Shown here: positions 19,233 to 28,447 of the stretch, in pieces | Position numbering within the stretch: position 1 is the first letter of the stretch | Layout of the letters: each line of letters opens with the position of its first letter | Made by a program: the position numbers and the translations under genes | The notes under the pieces: model-generated | Databases searched by the model: none | Told to the model about the DNA's origin: nothing | Seen by the model: only the letters and a program-made list of their open reading frames with translations | NCBI GenBank assembly: GCA_963822445.1 | Contig: CAWGHO010000003.1 | Location: 384,001 to 448,000, forward strand | Length of the DNA: 64,000 bases | Direction: 5' to 3' | Origin: an uncultured Acidobacteriota bacterium | GTDB lineage: Bacteria; Acidobacteriota; Thermoanaerobaculia; Gp7-AA8

Positions 19233-20112
19233 CCACCCGCCCGCCCCGTTCTCGTGTCCGCAACGGCCGTCGTCTGTGGCGGCCGCCCAAGATGGTGTTG
19301 TGGTCTGACACGGCCGCGCGCTGTGTTGCTACGCGCGCTTCCGCGCGCTCGGTCATCGTGAGTGCACGCCTGGAGCTCGTTGCGCGTGAATCGCGGCCGT
19401 GCAGCCAAACACAGTCTTGGGCGGACCCCGGTTCATCGCGGTCTCACGTGTGCGGCCCTCGCGCTCGCGCGCGGCCGCCGGGCGCTGCACGGCTCGTCGT
19501 TGCGCGTCGCCGCTACCGTCCCGCCAGATGCATCGGCGCCTGCGTTGATCGAAGTCGCGCTGTAGTTGACGCAGCGCCGCCCAACGAAATCGCGAGCGCC
19601 ACTCCATCGCATCGGCGCTGCGCAATTAAGCGCGGCCAAGCCAGGGCGGCGGCGCTCGCCACGCCGCGCGGTGCGATCGTCAACGCGGCCGGGTGGTGGA
19701 GGCGTTGACGATCGTGTCGCGCGGCACTACCGCGCTCGCGAAGAAGTTGGGTGGGAGCTTCGCCGCCGGCGCGGGGAGCGTGGGTGGTGGCCAGCGCCGC
19801 GCGTGGTGCGCTTGTGCGCGCGAAGGGCGGGTGTGTGGTGGCCGCGCGCGCTGCGCACCACGTGGCGCAGCTGCCAGAGGCGGCTGCGTGCGGCGAAAGC
19901 GAGAGGGAACGTGCGACCGGATCGCCGCACCGCGTCGATGCAGCACGTCACGCCGGAGGGGTTGCGCGGGTGGCGCGCGTGCGGCCGGAGCGAACCGAAG
20001 TCCGGCCAATGCCCGCTTCGATCGCGCGTGCGCAGACACGCGTCGGATCGCAAGCGCGCATTGGCCGGCAGCGACGCAGCGAGAACCGTGTGGCCGCGGG
20101 GCGGGCGGGTGG
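19233..20112. mobile_element. 880-bp non-coding element bounded by perfect 16-bp inverted repeats (MITE-like), with internal long hairpins
   Basis: CCACCCGCCCGCCCCG (19233-19248) and CGGGGCGGGCGGGTGG (20097-20112); no credible ORF inside; no target duplication seen. Confidence 0.45.
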
Positions 20113-20115
20113 GGA

Positions 20116-20178
20116 TCAGCGAAGGCCGCGTTGCTTGAGCAGTCGCACGACCCGCCGGTAGAGCGGAGATGGTTGCAT
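20116..20178 (-). CDS. Candidate 20-aa basic peptide or gene remnant (MQPSPLYRRVVRLLKQRGLR)
   Basis: AAAGGAGG Shine-Dalgarno 8 nt before the ATG; stop lies 3 nt from the element's inverted repeat. Confidence 0.35.
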   Translation of the reverse strand: MQPSPLYRRVVRLLKQRGLR

Positions 20179-20446
20179 GAAGTTGTCCTCCTTTCAGTTG
20201 GTCTCTGAGCGAAACATGTTCGGCAGTTCTGTGAGATCGCCTAATGTCCGAAAAAGCACGTCGGCCTTCGTCTCGAGAATGTTGTGCCGCGATCGACGAA
20301 GCTCAAGTCCTCCGCCACCCAATCGACTTGACCTTCGTCGATCGCGGCACGGCGGAGGAAGTAAGCCGAAGGCCGACGAAGCGCCGAACTGCTGCCTTGG
20401 GCCTCTGAAGCTGCTCTTTCCTTAGCTGCTAAAGTGAGTGACATCG

Positions 20447-21925
20447 ATGGCAGCTAAGAAGAGAGCAGCGATCCTCTTCGTGCTGGTGACGATCGTCGCC
20501 AGTTCTAGCGCCTTCGCCTCGATCCCGCGCTCGGCGGTGCTCGATCCGCCGCCGATCGAGACGACAGAGTTCGCTCCTCATCAAGATCTTCCGCTCCTCA
20601 CAGCGCACGGGTACGACGCGTTCCTGCCCACTAACCGCGTGTCGGACGAAGTCGCTCGTTTAGAAAAAACTCGCGCCTGGGGTTCGCGAGTCGGAGCGGA
20701 ACTTTTGCGTCTGCCCGAGAAGGGGCTAAGTCGAGCGCTGCGTCAGGGTTACGCGAAAGGTAGCTCAGAAAACGCAGAAGAGATCAGAGACTTGGCAATC
20801 GCAGATCTCTATCTGGTCGCGGCGACGGAGTCAAAGACGAAGTTATTGACGGGGTTCAAGGCCGCGCCGTTCATCGAGCCGGCGACCCGCTTCGCCCTCT
20901 TCAGGAACCGCTGGTATGACGGCTCGACCGGAACGTTTCTCAGTCCTGACCCGATGTCGTACGAGGACTCCTCGAACGTGTACGCGTTCTGTGCCGGTGA
21001 TCCGATCAACTGCGAGGATCCTCTCGGCCTCGCGCTACAGACGAAGAACGGCGGCACGAACTGGCTTGGGAACCTCGGCGACACCGCGCAGGTGCGGAGC
21101 GGTCCGTGGTACGTGCGCAACAGCCCGCAGACGCTTTCCGCGGGTCTCGACTTCTTCGGGAACACGCTCTCTGAGCTTCTGATGCTGGACGCTTGGGCGG
21201 ACGCGAATGTTGTCATGGGTGACTCATCGCGATCCGCGGGCGAACGGACGTGGGCAGCGACGAAGGGTATTGGCATCACGGCGATGAACCCTGTCGGGGG
21301 TGAGATCGCCGGAACTACCGGCAAGGTTTTGCTTAAAATCCCTGGTACAAAGACGCTCGCCAGCAAGATAGCGAATAGTGGAGTTGGTCGGGTTCTCACC
21401 GCGGAGGTGAACCCCCTGCGGTGGTTCGATGATGTAGGCGAAGCAGCGGGACGAGGTCTCAACGAAGGAGTCGCCGAAGCCATTCAGCAGTTAGCACCGA
21501 ACTTGACGCGGATCGCCGCGTTTGATGCTGCGCGTTCAATGCCTGGCCGCAACGTTGCGTACCGCGCATTCAACGCGAAGGATGCTGAACGATGGGCGCG
21601 AGGGCTCGGAATTGAGGCGAAGAACCCGGCCGGTGAATGGTCCTTGGGTGAATACATCGCATTTGGCTCGCGGCCACCTTCTTGGACGAATGACCCATGG
21701 ATCGCGACGACTACTGACCTCGACCTCGCACGCGCGTTTAACGAACAAGGGAAGCAGCTGGGAATCGCAGCGATTGATCTGAATCTCGTACGGAGGCCAC
21801 AGTTGCGAGCGTGGGACGTGTACCCGCGCGGTTCCGGTGAGCTATATCACTTCTCGATCTGGCAACAAGAACTTTCGGTTTACCAACGGATTCCGCGAGA
21901 AGCGATCATTGGATGGGTTCCATGA
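20447..21925 (+). CDS. Short Rhs-core protein with signal peptide and C-terminal ADP-ribosyltransferase-like toxin domain
   Basis: KKRAAILFVLVTIVASSSAFA; RNRWYD..TGTFLSPDP..Y.DSSNVYAFCAGDPINCEDPLGL; tip has YRA...WIATT...QQE...IPREAI. Confidence 0.8.
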   Translation: MAAKKRAAILFVLVTIVASSSAFASIPRSAVLDPPPIETTEFAPHQDLPLLTAHGYDAFLPTNRVSDEVARLEKTRAWGSRVGAELLRLPEKGLSRALRQGYAKGSSENAEEIRDLAIADLYLVAATESKTKLLTGFKAAPFIEPATRFALFRNRWYDGSTGTFLSPDPMSYEDSSNVYAFCAGDPINCEDPLGLALQTKNGGTNWLGNLGDTAQVRSGPWYVRNSPQTLSAGLDFFGNTLSELLMLDAWADANVVMGDSSRSAGERTWAATKGIGITAMNPVGGEIAGTTGKVLLKIPGTKTLASKIANSGVGRVLTAEVNPLRWFDDVGEAAGRGLNEGVAEAIQQLAPNLTRIAAFDAARSMPGRNVAYRAFNAKDAERWARGLGIEAKNPAGEWSLGEYIAFGSRPPSWTNDPWIATTTDLDLARAFNEQGKQLGIAAIDLNLVRRPQLRAWDVYPRGSGELYHFSIWQQELSVYQRIPREAIIGWVP

Positions 21926-22190
21926 ATCACGAGTTGAACGAATTGGCGGAACGCTCGAGGAGGTAGCGCTGAAAGGACTCAAGGAGATCCTTGACCGGCT
22001 TCGGCAGATGTTGGCGGACGAAGAATACGCCCCATTCTCGGCGAAGCTTGGGACATCCAAGAGCGGCTTCGAAAGATCTTCGGCCCGACGTGGTAGGAGA
22101 TTGCGCCTTCTTCGACCCCGCGACCGCGGCGTCGCGGTCGCCTCGTCGTGGCGCTTTAGTCTCAGGCAGGGACGCGGTGTGCAAACGTAG
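21922..22190 (+). pseudogene. Probable cognate immunity gene, frame-broken
   Basis: ATGA overlap with the toxin stop; MNHELNELA continues as TLEEVALKGLKEILDRLRQML if one G is added at about 21948. Confidence 0.5.
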
Positions 22191-22258
22191 AATGTTCGCG
22201 AGCCGCGAGCATCATCAGGCAGCGCCGTACGTCGTGGACCGTGGCGGACAGTCGCGAC

Positions 22259-24478
22259 TCACTTCACCGCCCTCCTCCTCCCCACCCCTCTCGTCAACAC
22301 CACCTCCGTGGTCTCTCCCGACCGTCGCGGAATCGTGATCGTCGTCGCGTGAACGGTGCGGGTGAAGACCGACGCGCCGGCGACGTCCCAGGAGCCGGGG
22401 ATGGTGAGCTGGAACGATCCCACCGCGGTAGCGGTGGGGTCGGCGATGGAGAGGTGCAGGGTGCGCGTGGCGGGCTCGGTGATGTAGATCGTGGCGGGGG
22501 CGGAACTCTGGAAGCCCTCCAGGCTCGCGCCGGCGGTCCAGAAGGTGATGCCGGTGGCGCGGGTGCGGAGGTCGCGCACGGCGGAGACGCGCTCGTTGTT
22601 CGCCAGAATCACCAATGGCCGGGCGGCGGCCCAGGTGCGCATCTGCGTGGCGGTGACGTTCGGGACGATCACGTACTCCGCGCTGGCATGAACCGGCACA
22701 GTGCCGTGGTCGAAGGCCAGCGTGACGAAGGGATGGGTCTTCGGCGTGGCGTCGGTGTTGCCGCCGAGCGCGGCCCAGGTGCCGGTGCGCGTCTGCCGCG
22801 AGACGCGAACGTCGGTCGAGGTCGGGAACCAGTAGCCGACGCCTTCGAGCGCGGCCCAGTCCGTGCCGCGCGTGACCTGCGAGCTCGCGTTCATCAGCGG
22901 CCACTGATTGACGATCGTCTCCACGCGATTCGGGCTCGTTGAGGTGATGCTGTTGGTGAGGAAGGCGATGGCGTCGTCGAAGAAGAACCAGGCTTTCTTT
23001 GCGGTGAGCGTGGAGTTGAGCGGCGCGAGCTCCATCGCCGTGACGCCGTTGCGGCCGTCGCTCGTTCCGCCGGCCAGCGTGTTCCTGCCGAAGCCATAGA
23101 TCGCGCTCGCGGCGTCGGGCTTGAGCTCGACGGTCGTGCCGGGCAGGCGGGTCCAGTCGAGCGCGGGGAAGATCTCCCGGCCGAAGTATTCGTTGCCCTT
23201 CAGCACGAGATGGAAGCGGCCGTCGGACTGGCGCGCGCCGAGAAGGTTCTCCTCGTTGGTGCTCTCTCCGGATTTCGTGCGGGTTGAGAACATCTTCACC
23301 GAGGCGAACCAGCCTTCGCGGCGGTGCACGGTGTAGTCGGAGGCGAAGTAGTGGCGATGCCCGCTCGGCCAGGCCGCGGCGTGACGCGCGCTCTCGATCT
23401 TCGCGGCCAGGCCGGCCAGCTCGATGCTCATCGTGCCCTGCCAGGTCTCGAGCATCTTCGCGGCGGCGGCGCGAATCTCTGCGGCGCGCGGCGATTCGAT
23501 CTCCGAGGCTTGGAGAAGTGCGGCCAGGCCGTTGAAGCCGGTCGTGGTTGGACGGGCGACTTCGCGGCCGACAACGGAGACGTCGAAGTAGTCGCCATGC
23601 AGCGACCAGGCGACGCCGTCGGCGATGTAGTCGTTGAAGGAGGAGAGCGCGTCGGTGCTCAGACCGATGGAAGTCGCGCGCGTGATCAGCGCGTACTTCG
23701 CAACGTCGTTCGCAAACGCGCCGCCGTAGCCGCCGGTGTAGAGCTGCGGCCCGTGCTGATGGAAGGAGCGATCGCGCTTGATGCCGTCGCCGTTGGCGGG
23801 ACGGGTGACGGAGCTCATGGCCGTGCCGACCGCGGCGAGCATGGTCTCGTCGTCTTTGAGCAGCGCGAGCGAGAGATGGGTGAAGCAGGACCAGACCAGG
23901 TTCTGGCCGGTTGGTGTCGGTCCGACGAGCCCGCGCGTCGCCGGTGAGCTGCCGATGCGCAGATGAATGGCGGCGACGAGGTCGTCGTAGGTCTGCTGAT
24001 TGACTTCGCCGCGCATGAGGACGAGGGTCGGGCCGAGGTCGAGGGGGATGCCCATCGTCCAGAACCACCAGTTGCCGAGGGGGAGGATGGTCGCGCCGTA
24101 GAAGCGCTTGACCTGCGCGAGGGACGCGTCGATCTGCCCGAGCAGCGCGCGGTTTTTGTAAAAGGCCTGGCCGGGCGTCTGGTAGGCACGGGCCATGACG
24201 ATCAGCCGCTGGGTGTGCGCCCACGGCGACCAGGATCCGTCAGGGGAGTCGGTGTAGTCGATGTCGCTCCACGTTCCGTCGGAGAGGAGAAATCCGGGCG
24301 CGGTGACGTGCCGGGCGGAGGCCTCGAGGTCGGCCAGGGCGTCTCTCATCCGCGTAGAAGATCGGTCCGCTCCCGCCGCCGTGTGGTAGGCGATGAACTG
24401 GGCGCGGACGCGGTCGATGTCGGCAGCGCTGGCGGCGCCGCTGGCGAGGATGAGGATGCCGAGGAGGAGGTTTTTCAT
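22259..24478 (-). CDS. Polysaccharide lyase family 8 (chondroitin/hyaluronate/xanthan lyase-like)
   Basis: Signal peptide; NWWFW.MGIP, TGQNLVW, DG...D.SFHQHG..LYTGGYG, GREVAR, WTRLPGTT, KKAWFFFDD; ends RRRAVK. Confidence 0.92.
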   Translation of the reverse strand: MKNLLLGILILASGAASAADIDRVRAQFIAYHTAAGADRSSTRMRDALADLEASARHVTAPGFLLSDGTWSDIDYTDSPDGSWSPWAHTQRLIVMARAYQTPGQAFYKNRALLGQIDASLAQVKRFYGATILPLGNWWFWTMGIPLDLGPTLVLMRGEVNQQTYDDLVAAIHLRIGSSPATRGLVGPTPTGQNLVWSCFTHLSLALLKDDETMLAAVGTAMSSVTRPANGDGIKRDRSFHQHGPQLYTGGYGGAFANDVAKYALITRATSIGLSTDALSSFNDYIADGVAWSLHGDYFDVSVVGREVARPTTTGFNGLAALLQASEIESPRAAEIRAAAAKMLETWQGTMSIELAGLAAKIESARHAAAWPSGHRHYFASDYTVHRREGWFASVKMFSTRTKSGESTNEENLLGARQSDGRFHLVLKGNEYFGREIFPALDWTRLPGTTVELKPDAASAIYGFGRNTLAGGTSDGRNGVTAMELAPLNSTLTAKKAWFFFDDAIAFLTNSITSTSPNRVETIVNQWPLMNASSQVTRGTDWAALEGVGYWFPTSTDVRVSRQTRTGTWAALGGNTDATPKTHPFVTLAFDHGTVPVHASAEYVIVPNVTATQMRTWAAARPLVILANNERVSAVRDLRTRATGITFWTAGASLEGFQSSAPATIYITEPATRTLHLSIADPTATAVGSFQLTIPGSWDVAGASVFTRTVHATTITIPRRSGETTEVVLTRGVGRRRAVK

Positions 24479-24558
24479 GGTTCCGGGGTTACGAGGTTTC
24501 GGGGTTACGGGGTGGTTGTCGGGTTGTCGGGTTGTCGAGTTGTCAGGTTGTCGGGTGG
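24479..24558. repeat. Composite single-arm octamer array: GGGGTTAC-type units followed by GGGTTGTC-type units
   Basis: ggttcc ggggttac gaggtttc ggggttac ggggtgg | ttgtc gggttgtc gggttgtc gagttgtc aggttgtc gggtgg, abutting the PL8 ATG. Confidence 0.9.
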
Positions 24559-24565
24559 CTCGAAA

Positions 24566-24592
24566 CTGAAAAGGCCGGCGTACGCCGGCCTC
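24566..24592 (-). terminator. Rho-independent terminator of the cold-shock gene
   Basis: Minus strand AGGCCGGCG-TA-CGCCGGCCT followed by TTTCAGTTT. Confidence 0.7.
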
Positions 24593-24616
24593 GTCGCGTG
24601 TATCTGTGGTTGTGAG

Positions 24617-24820
24617 TTAGACGGGAACGACGTTCGACGCCTGGAGTCCTTTCGGGCCCTGGACGAGATCGAACTCGACCGAAGCTCCCTCGGGCAGGCT
24701 GCGGAAACCCTTGGCCTGGATGGCGCTGAAGTGAACGAACACGTCCTCGCCCTTTTCCGTCGTGATGAAACCGAAACCCTTGGCGTCGTTGAACCACTTG
24801 ACCTTACCTGTGCTGCGCAT
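24617..24820 (-). CDS. Cold-shock protein (CspA family)
   Basis: [15 protein letters not shown] (RNP1), DVFVHFSAI (RNP2), 67 aa. Confidence 0.96.
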   Translation of the reverse strand: MRSTGKVKWFNDAKGFGFITTEKGEDVFVHFSAIQAKGFRSLPEGASVEFDLVQGPKGLQASNVVPV

Positions 24821-24954
24821 CCTTCGGCGTTCTCCCTTGATAGTTATTGCTGGTGCCGAGCGCAACTTCGGCAACATTCAATAAATTTCTGTTTCTGGTG
24901 GGTCGGGGACTTTCCGACGAGCGGCGCGTCTCAGGGTGAAACAAGGGAGGTTTC

Positions 24955-26226
24955 ATGCACACGCTCATGACCCTGCTCCTCGCGGCCACGATCGCCGCCG
25001 GCCCCCTCACCTGGAATGACTCGATCCGCGATGTCTACGTCGATGGGAAGCTCGACCGGACGGCGCAAACACTCACGAGCAGCTCGCCGCGGATGATCGC
25101 GGTGGTCTGCGGCGACGAGGTGTTGCTCTTCGATCCGGAGTCGAAGGCGGTGTCGCGGATGGCGAAGGCGCAGTTTGCGTTCGCACCGGACCGGACGACT
25201 GCCACGACGAACGCGACGGCCGAACCGGCCGGCACGCTGGTGTCGCCGGACGGGACGACGTTCGTGGCCAGCGCCGCGGGAAAGACGGTCATCGTCGCGC
25301 CGCATCAGAGCAAAGCGGGCGCGATGACGATCGACGAGCTCTGGGAAACGGCGCCGGTCTGGAAGAAGATCGCCGAGACGTACGAGCCGGACGGCGCGAT
25401 CGTCGACCGCCTCCGCGCGATCAAGGAGCCGGTGCGGCTGCAGGTCGTGCTCGCCACGTGGTGCGGCGACAGCCGGCAGCATGTGCCGCGGCTGCTGAAG
25501 GCGATCGAGCGGGCGAACAATCCTCATCTCACCGTCGAGCTGACGGGGATCGGTCCGGAGTTCCTCTCGCCGATGGCGGTCGTGCAGAACGAGAACATTA
25601 CGAATGTTCCGACGGTGATCGTGCGCCGCGGGTCCGCGGAGATCGGCCGCTTCGTCGAGACGCCGGCGGGCGCGACGGTCGAGAGCGACATCGCCGACAT
25701 CGCGGAAGGAAAGGCGAAGGTCCATCCGGGACGCTACGAACGCGGCGCGCTGCTGTCGTCGGGCACGTATCTGTTGCGCGACGCGCGCCGGCGGCATGAG
25801 GGAACGGAGCGCTTCGAGGTGTACGAGCGGCCGGGCGGCGGGGTGATCGCGCACAGTCTGATCGCCAGGCCGAACGGAACGAGCGTGGAGACCTGGGCGG
25901 CGATCGACGGCGAGAAGAAGCCGCGCTTCGTGGAGGTCACGCATCGCGCCTCAACGGCGACGCGTACGCGCTATCGCCGCGCTGGCGATACGTGGGCGGC
26001 GCATTCGCGCGGCGCGGACGGCGGGATCATCGACCAGACCGTGGCCATGCCGGACGCGGTGATCGCACCGGCTACCATCACCTATTCATGGGCTCGTGAC
26101 GCGGCGCGCATCTACGTGACCGGTGAGAACGGGATCGGGGCGATGAAGCACGTCGCGTTCAGGATGAATGGCGAGAACGTGCGCCTGGCCGATGGGTCGA
26201 CGCGGACGCTGGTCAAGCGGCAGTGA
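24955..26226 (+). CDS. Secreted protein with thioredoxin-like (WCGDS) domain
   Basis: RBS GGGAGG, signal peptide, ATWCGDS..HVP and ITNVPTVIV motifs. Confidence 0.75.
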   Translation: MHTLMTLLLAATIAAGPLTWNDSIRDVYVDGKLDRTAQTLTSSSPRMIAVVCGDEVLLFDPESKAVSRMAKAQFAFAPDRTTATTNATAEPAGTLVSPDGTTFVASAAGKTVIVAPHQSKAGAMTIDELWETAPVWKKIAETYEPDGAIVDRLRAIKEPVRLQVVLATWCGDSRQHVPRLLKAIERANNPHLTVELTGIGPEFLSPMAVVQNENITNVPTVIVRRGSAEIGRFVETPAGATVESDIADIAEGKAKVHPGRYERGALLSSGTYLLRDARRRHEGTERFEVYERPGGGVIAHSLIARPNGTSVETWAAIDGEKKPRFVEVTHRASTATRTRYRRAGDTWAAHSRGADGGIIDQTVAMPDAVIAPATITYSWARDAARIYVTGENGIGAMKHVAFRMNGENVRLADGSTRTLVKRQ

Positions 26227-28432
26227 AGTAGACGTTCTGCTCGCGGCCGCACGCGCCGCACTGCCGCGTGACGATGGTCATCTCGCGCTCTGCATACCGC
26301 GCCCGGGAAATCTCGGGCGCGGAGTAGACCGCGGCGCCGCACAGGCAGCCGGTATGGGCCAGGTGCTGGTCGATCTGGTGAACGGGCAGCGCGGACGCGG
26401 GCGCTTCGCCGGGCCGGAACGAGGGCACGACCAACACCGGGTGGCGCTTTCGCGTCGCCAGGAACAGGCAGACGCCGACGAACACGGCCAGGATCACGAA
26501 TCCACCGGCCCACTTCACGATCGGCGACATCGGCTCATCGACCGGCTTCGGCTGTGCGCCTTCGGGCACGAGCCGGTAACCGATCTCGCTCCAGATGGCA
26601 TTGAGCTTGGTGAGATGCTCGGCCACGTCTTTGGCTTCGACATGATCGCGCCGCGCGCGCAGTGACTGGCGGAGCGTCACGGTCTTGCCGTTGCTGTCGA
26701 CGACATACTCGTAGCGGAACGCCGGGGTTTCCGTCACCGAGGTGGTCTTGTCGATGTCCATCTCCTCGGGGAAGTTGAAGGTTACGCGCTGTTCCACGTC
26801 GAGCGGATGATCGAAGGCCAACGGCATCGTTCGGATCATCGTGTCGGGACGGGAGAGATGCGACTCGAGCACGCGCGGGTACCAGCTCCAGTTCCCTTCC
26901 TTCCAGAGCTCGGGGATGCGATAGCGCTCGGTGACGACGATGACGTTCTGCAGACGATCATCGCTGATGCGCGGCAGGCCGAGGGCTTCGATCTTCGGCT
27001 GATCGATGGCCAGCTCGTTAATGCGATTCCCGGCGTAGTCCTCGATGGCCAGGCTGGCGAGGAACGAGCGCATTGAGTCGGCTTCGCCGCCGGCGTAAGT
27101 CGTCTTCACTTCGAGCGTGGTCGGCTTCGCGTAGTCGGTGGTGTTGTAGGTCTGCTCGACGCGGGTCTTCGCACGCGCGGCGGGGTTGATCGTGGTGAGC
27201 GCGGTCGTTTCCGCGCGGACGATCAGCGCGCTGCCTTCGCTCGGCGTGTCGATGGTGCTGAGCGTTCCGCCCTGATCGGAGATCGTGCCGTCGACCCAGT
27301 AGGTCTTGCCGCTGTCGATGACCTGAGCGATGACGTGATCGAAGAGGAAGGGCGAGGGGAGTTTCTCGGAGAGCCTGTGACGGAGGCGCGTGTTGACCAG
27401 CGCGGGATACGCCTCGAGGCCGAGCTCACGCAGGAGCGCGACGAGGAGCAGCGTCTTGTCCTTGCAATCGCCCCAGCGCGCGTCGAGGGTTTCCCACGGC
27501 TGGTGCGGCTCGTGGGAGTTGCGGCCCATCTCGATGCCGAGGTAGCGGATGTCGTCCTGGACGAAGCGGATGGCGGCGGTGATGCGCGCGTCGCGGGTTG
27601 GGTGTTCGGTGGTGATGCGTTCGGCGAGTTGCTTCACTTCAATGGTCGAGCGCTCGTCGAGGCGGAACATTAAGTCGGCCCAGACCGCGACTTCGTTCCA
27701 TGACGTGAAGTCGGTGACCTGGACGGAATCCCATGGCTCGAACCAGGTGGGGACCTCGTCGTCGACGGAGAAGGGGGCGACGTCGCGGCGCTCCCAGATC
27801 AGGCCGGATTCGGTGACTTTTGGTGCGAAGCCCTTCCAGTGGAGTGCGGCCGCCGCACTCCATACCAGCCGGTGGCGGATGCGCGCCGAGGGGACGGCCG
27901 AGCTGAGATCGAGCTCGGTGGTGAAGCGGCCGTTCAGAATCGGGTTCGCGCCGTCGAGCGACCAGGAGTAATCGATGATGTCGCCGGGGCGCACGTCCTT
28001 CACGAAGATCAGCGCGGTACGCTCGCCGTCGTAGATGCGGCGGTCGGAGTCGTCCTCTTTTTCGATGACGCGGATCGCGGACGGGCTGTAGGCGCGGATG
28101 CGCGTGCCGTTGCGGATGACCGAGACGTCGTGCAGGGTGAAGCGCTCGAAGGATGGATCGAAGTCGAGCTCGAGCTCGGAGGCGTTCTGCACGCCGCTCG
28201 GGGAGAGGACTTTGCGGACCGTGCGGAAGTAGTGCGATTCCGAGCCGTCGCCGGCAAGGACCTGGTGGTCGTTGAGCAGGTCGTACAGGCCCCAGCGGAC
28301 GTTCTGCTTATTAATGGTGGGGTTGGCGTCGACGGACAGCTGCTCGACCCAGTCCGGCGCCGGACGGATGTCGACCTGCGCGGACACGCCGACCGCGAGA
28401 CACATCAATAGGAAGAGGACCGTGGACCGCAA
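26213..28432 (-). CDS. DUF3857 + transglutaminase-like protein with C-terminal TM and Cys-rich tail
   Basis: DVRPGDIIDY, FVQDDIRY, GDCKDK (Cys), FDHVI (His), WVDGT (Asp); TM, then CLC...CGAC. Confidence 0.88.
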   Translation of the reverse strand: MRSTVLFLLMCLAVGVSAQVDIRPAPDWVEQLSVDANPTINKQNVRWGLYDLLNDHQVLAGDGSESHYFRTVRKVLSPSGVQNASELELDFDPSFERFTLHDVSVIRNGTRIRAYSPSAIRVIEKEDDSDRRIYDGERTALIFVKDVRPGDIIDYSWSLDGANPILNGRFTTELDLSSAVPSARIRHRLVWSAAAALHWKGFAPKVTESGLIWERRDVAPFSVDDEVPTWFEPWDSVQVTDFTSWNEVAVWADLMFRLDERSTIEVKQLAERITTEHPTRDARITAAIRFVQDDIRYLGIEMGRNSHEPHQPWETLDARWGDCKDKTLLLVALLRELGLEAYPALVNTRLRHRLSEKLPSPFLFDHVIAQVIDSGKTYWVDGTISDQGGTLSTIDTPSEGSALIVRAETTALTTINPAARAKTRVEQTYNTTDYAKPTTLEVKTTYAGGEADSMRSFLASLAIEDYAGNRINELAIDQPKIEALGLPRISDDRLQNVIVVTERYRIPELWKEGNWSWYPRVLESHLSRPDTMIRTMPLAFDHPLDVEQRVTFNFPEEMDIDKTTSVTETPAFRYEYVVDSNGKTVTLRQSLRARRDHVEAKDVAEHLTKLNAIWSEIGYRLVPEGAQPKPVDEPMSPIVKWAGGFVILAVFVGVCLFLATRKRHPVLVVPSFRPGEAPASALPVHQIDQHLAHTGCLCGAAVYSAPEISRARYAEREMTIVTRQCGACGREQNVYFTAA

Positions 28433-28447
28433 GACGCGAATTGTAAA

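Noticed and set aside
19292-20208. Arg/Ala-rich ORFs inside the GC-rich element as a transposase
   Set aside because: Low-complexity translations in all frames; no DDE, HUH or recombinase motif
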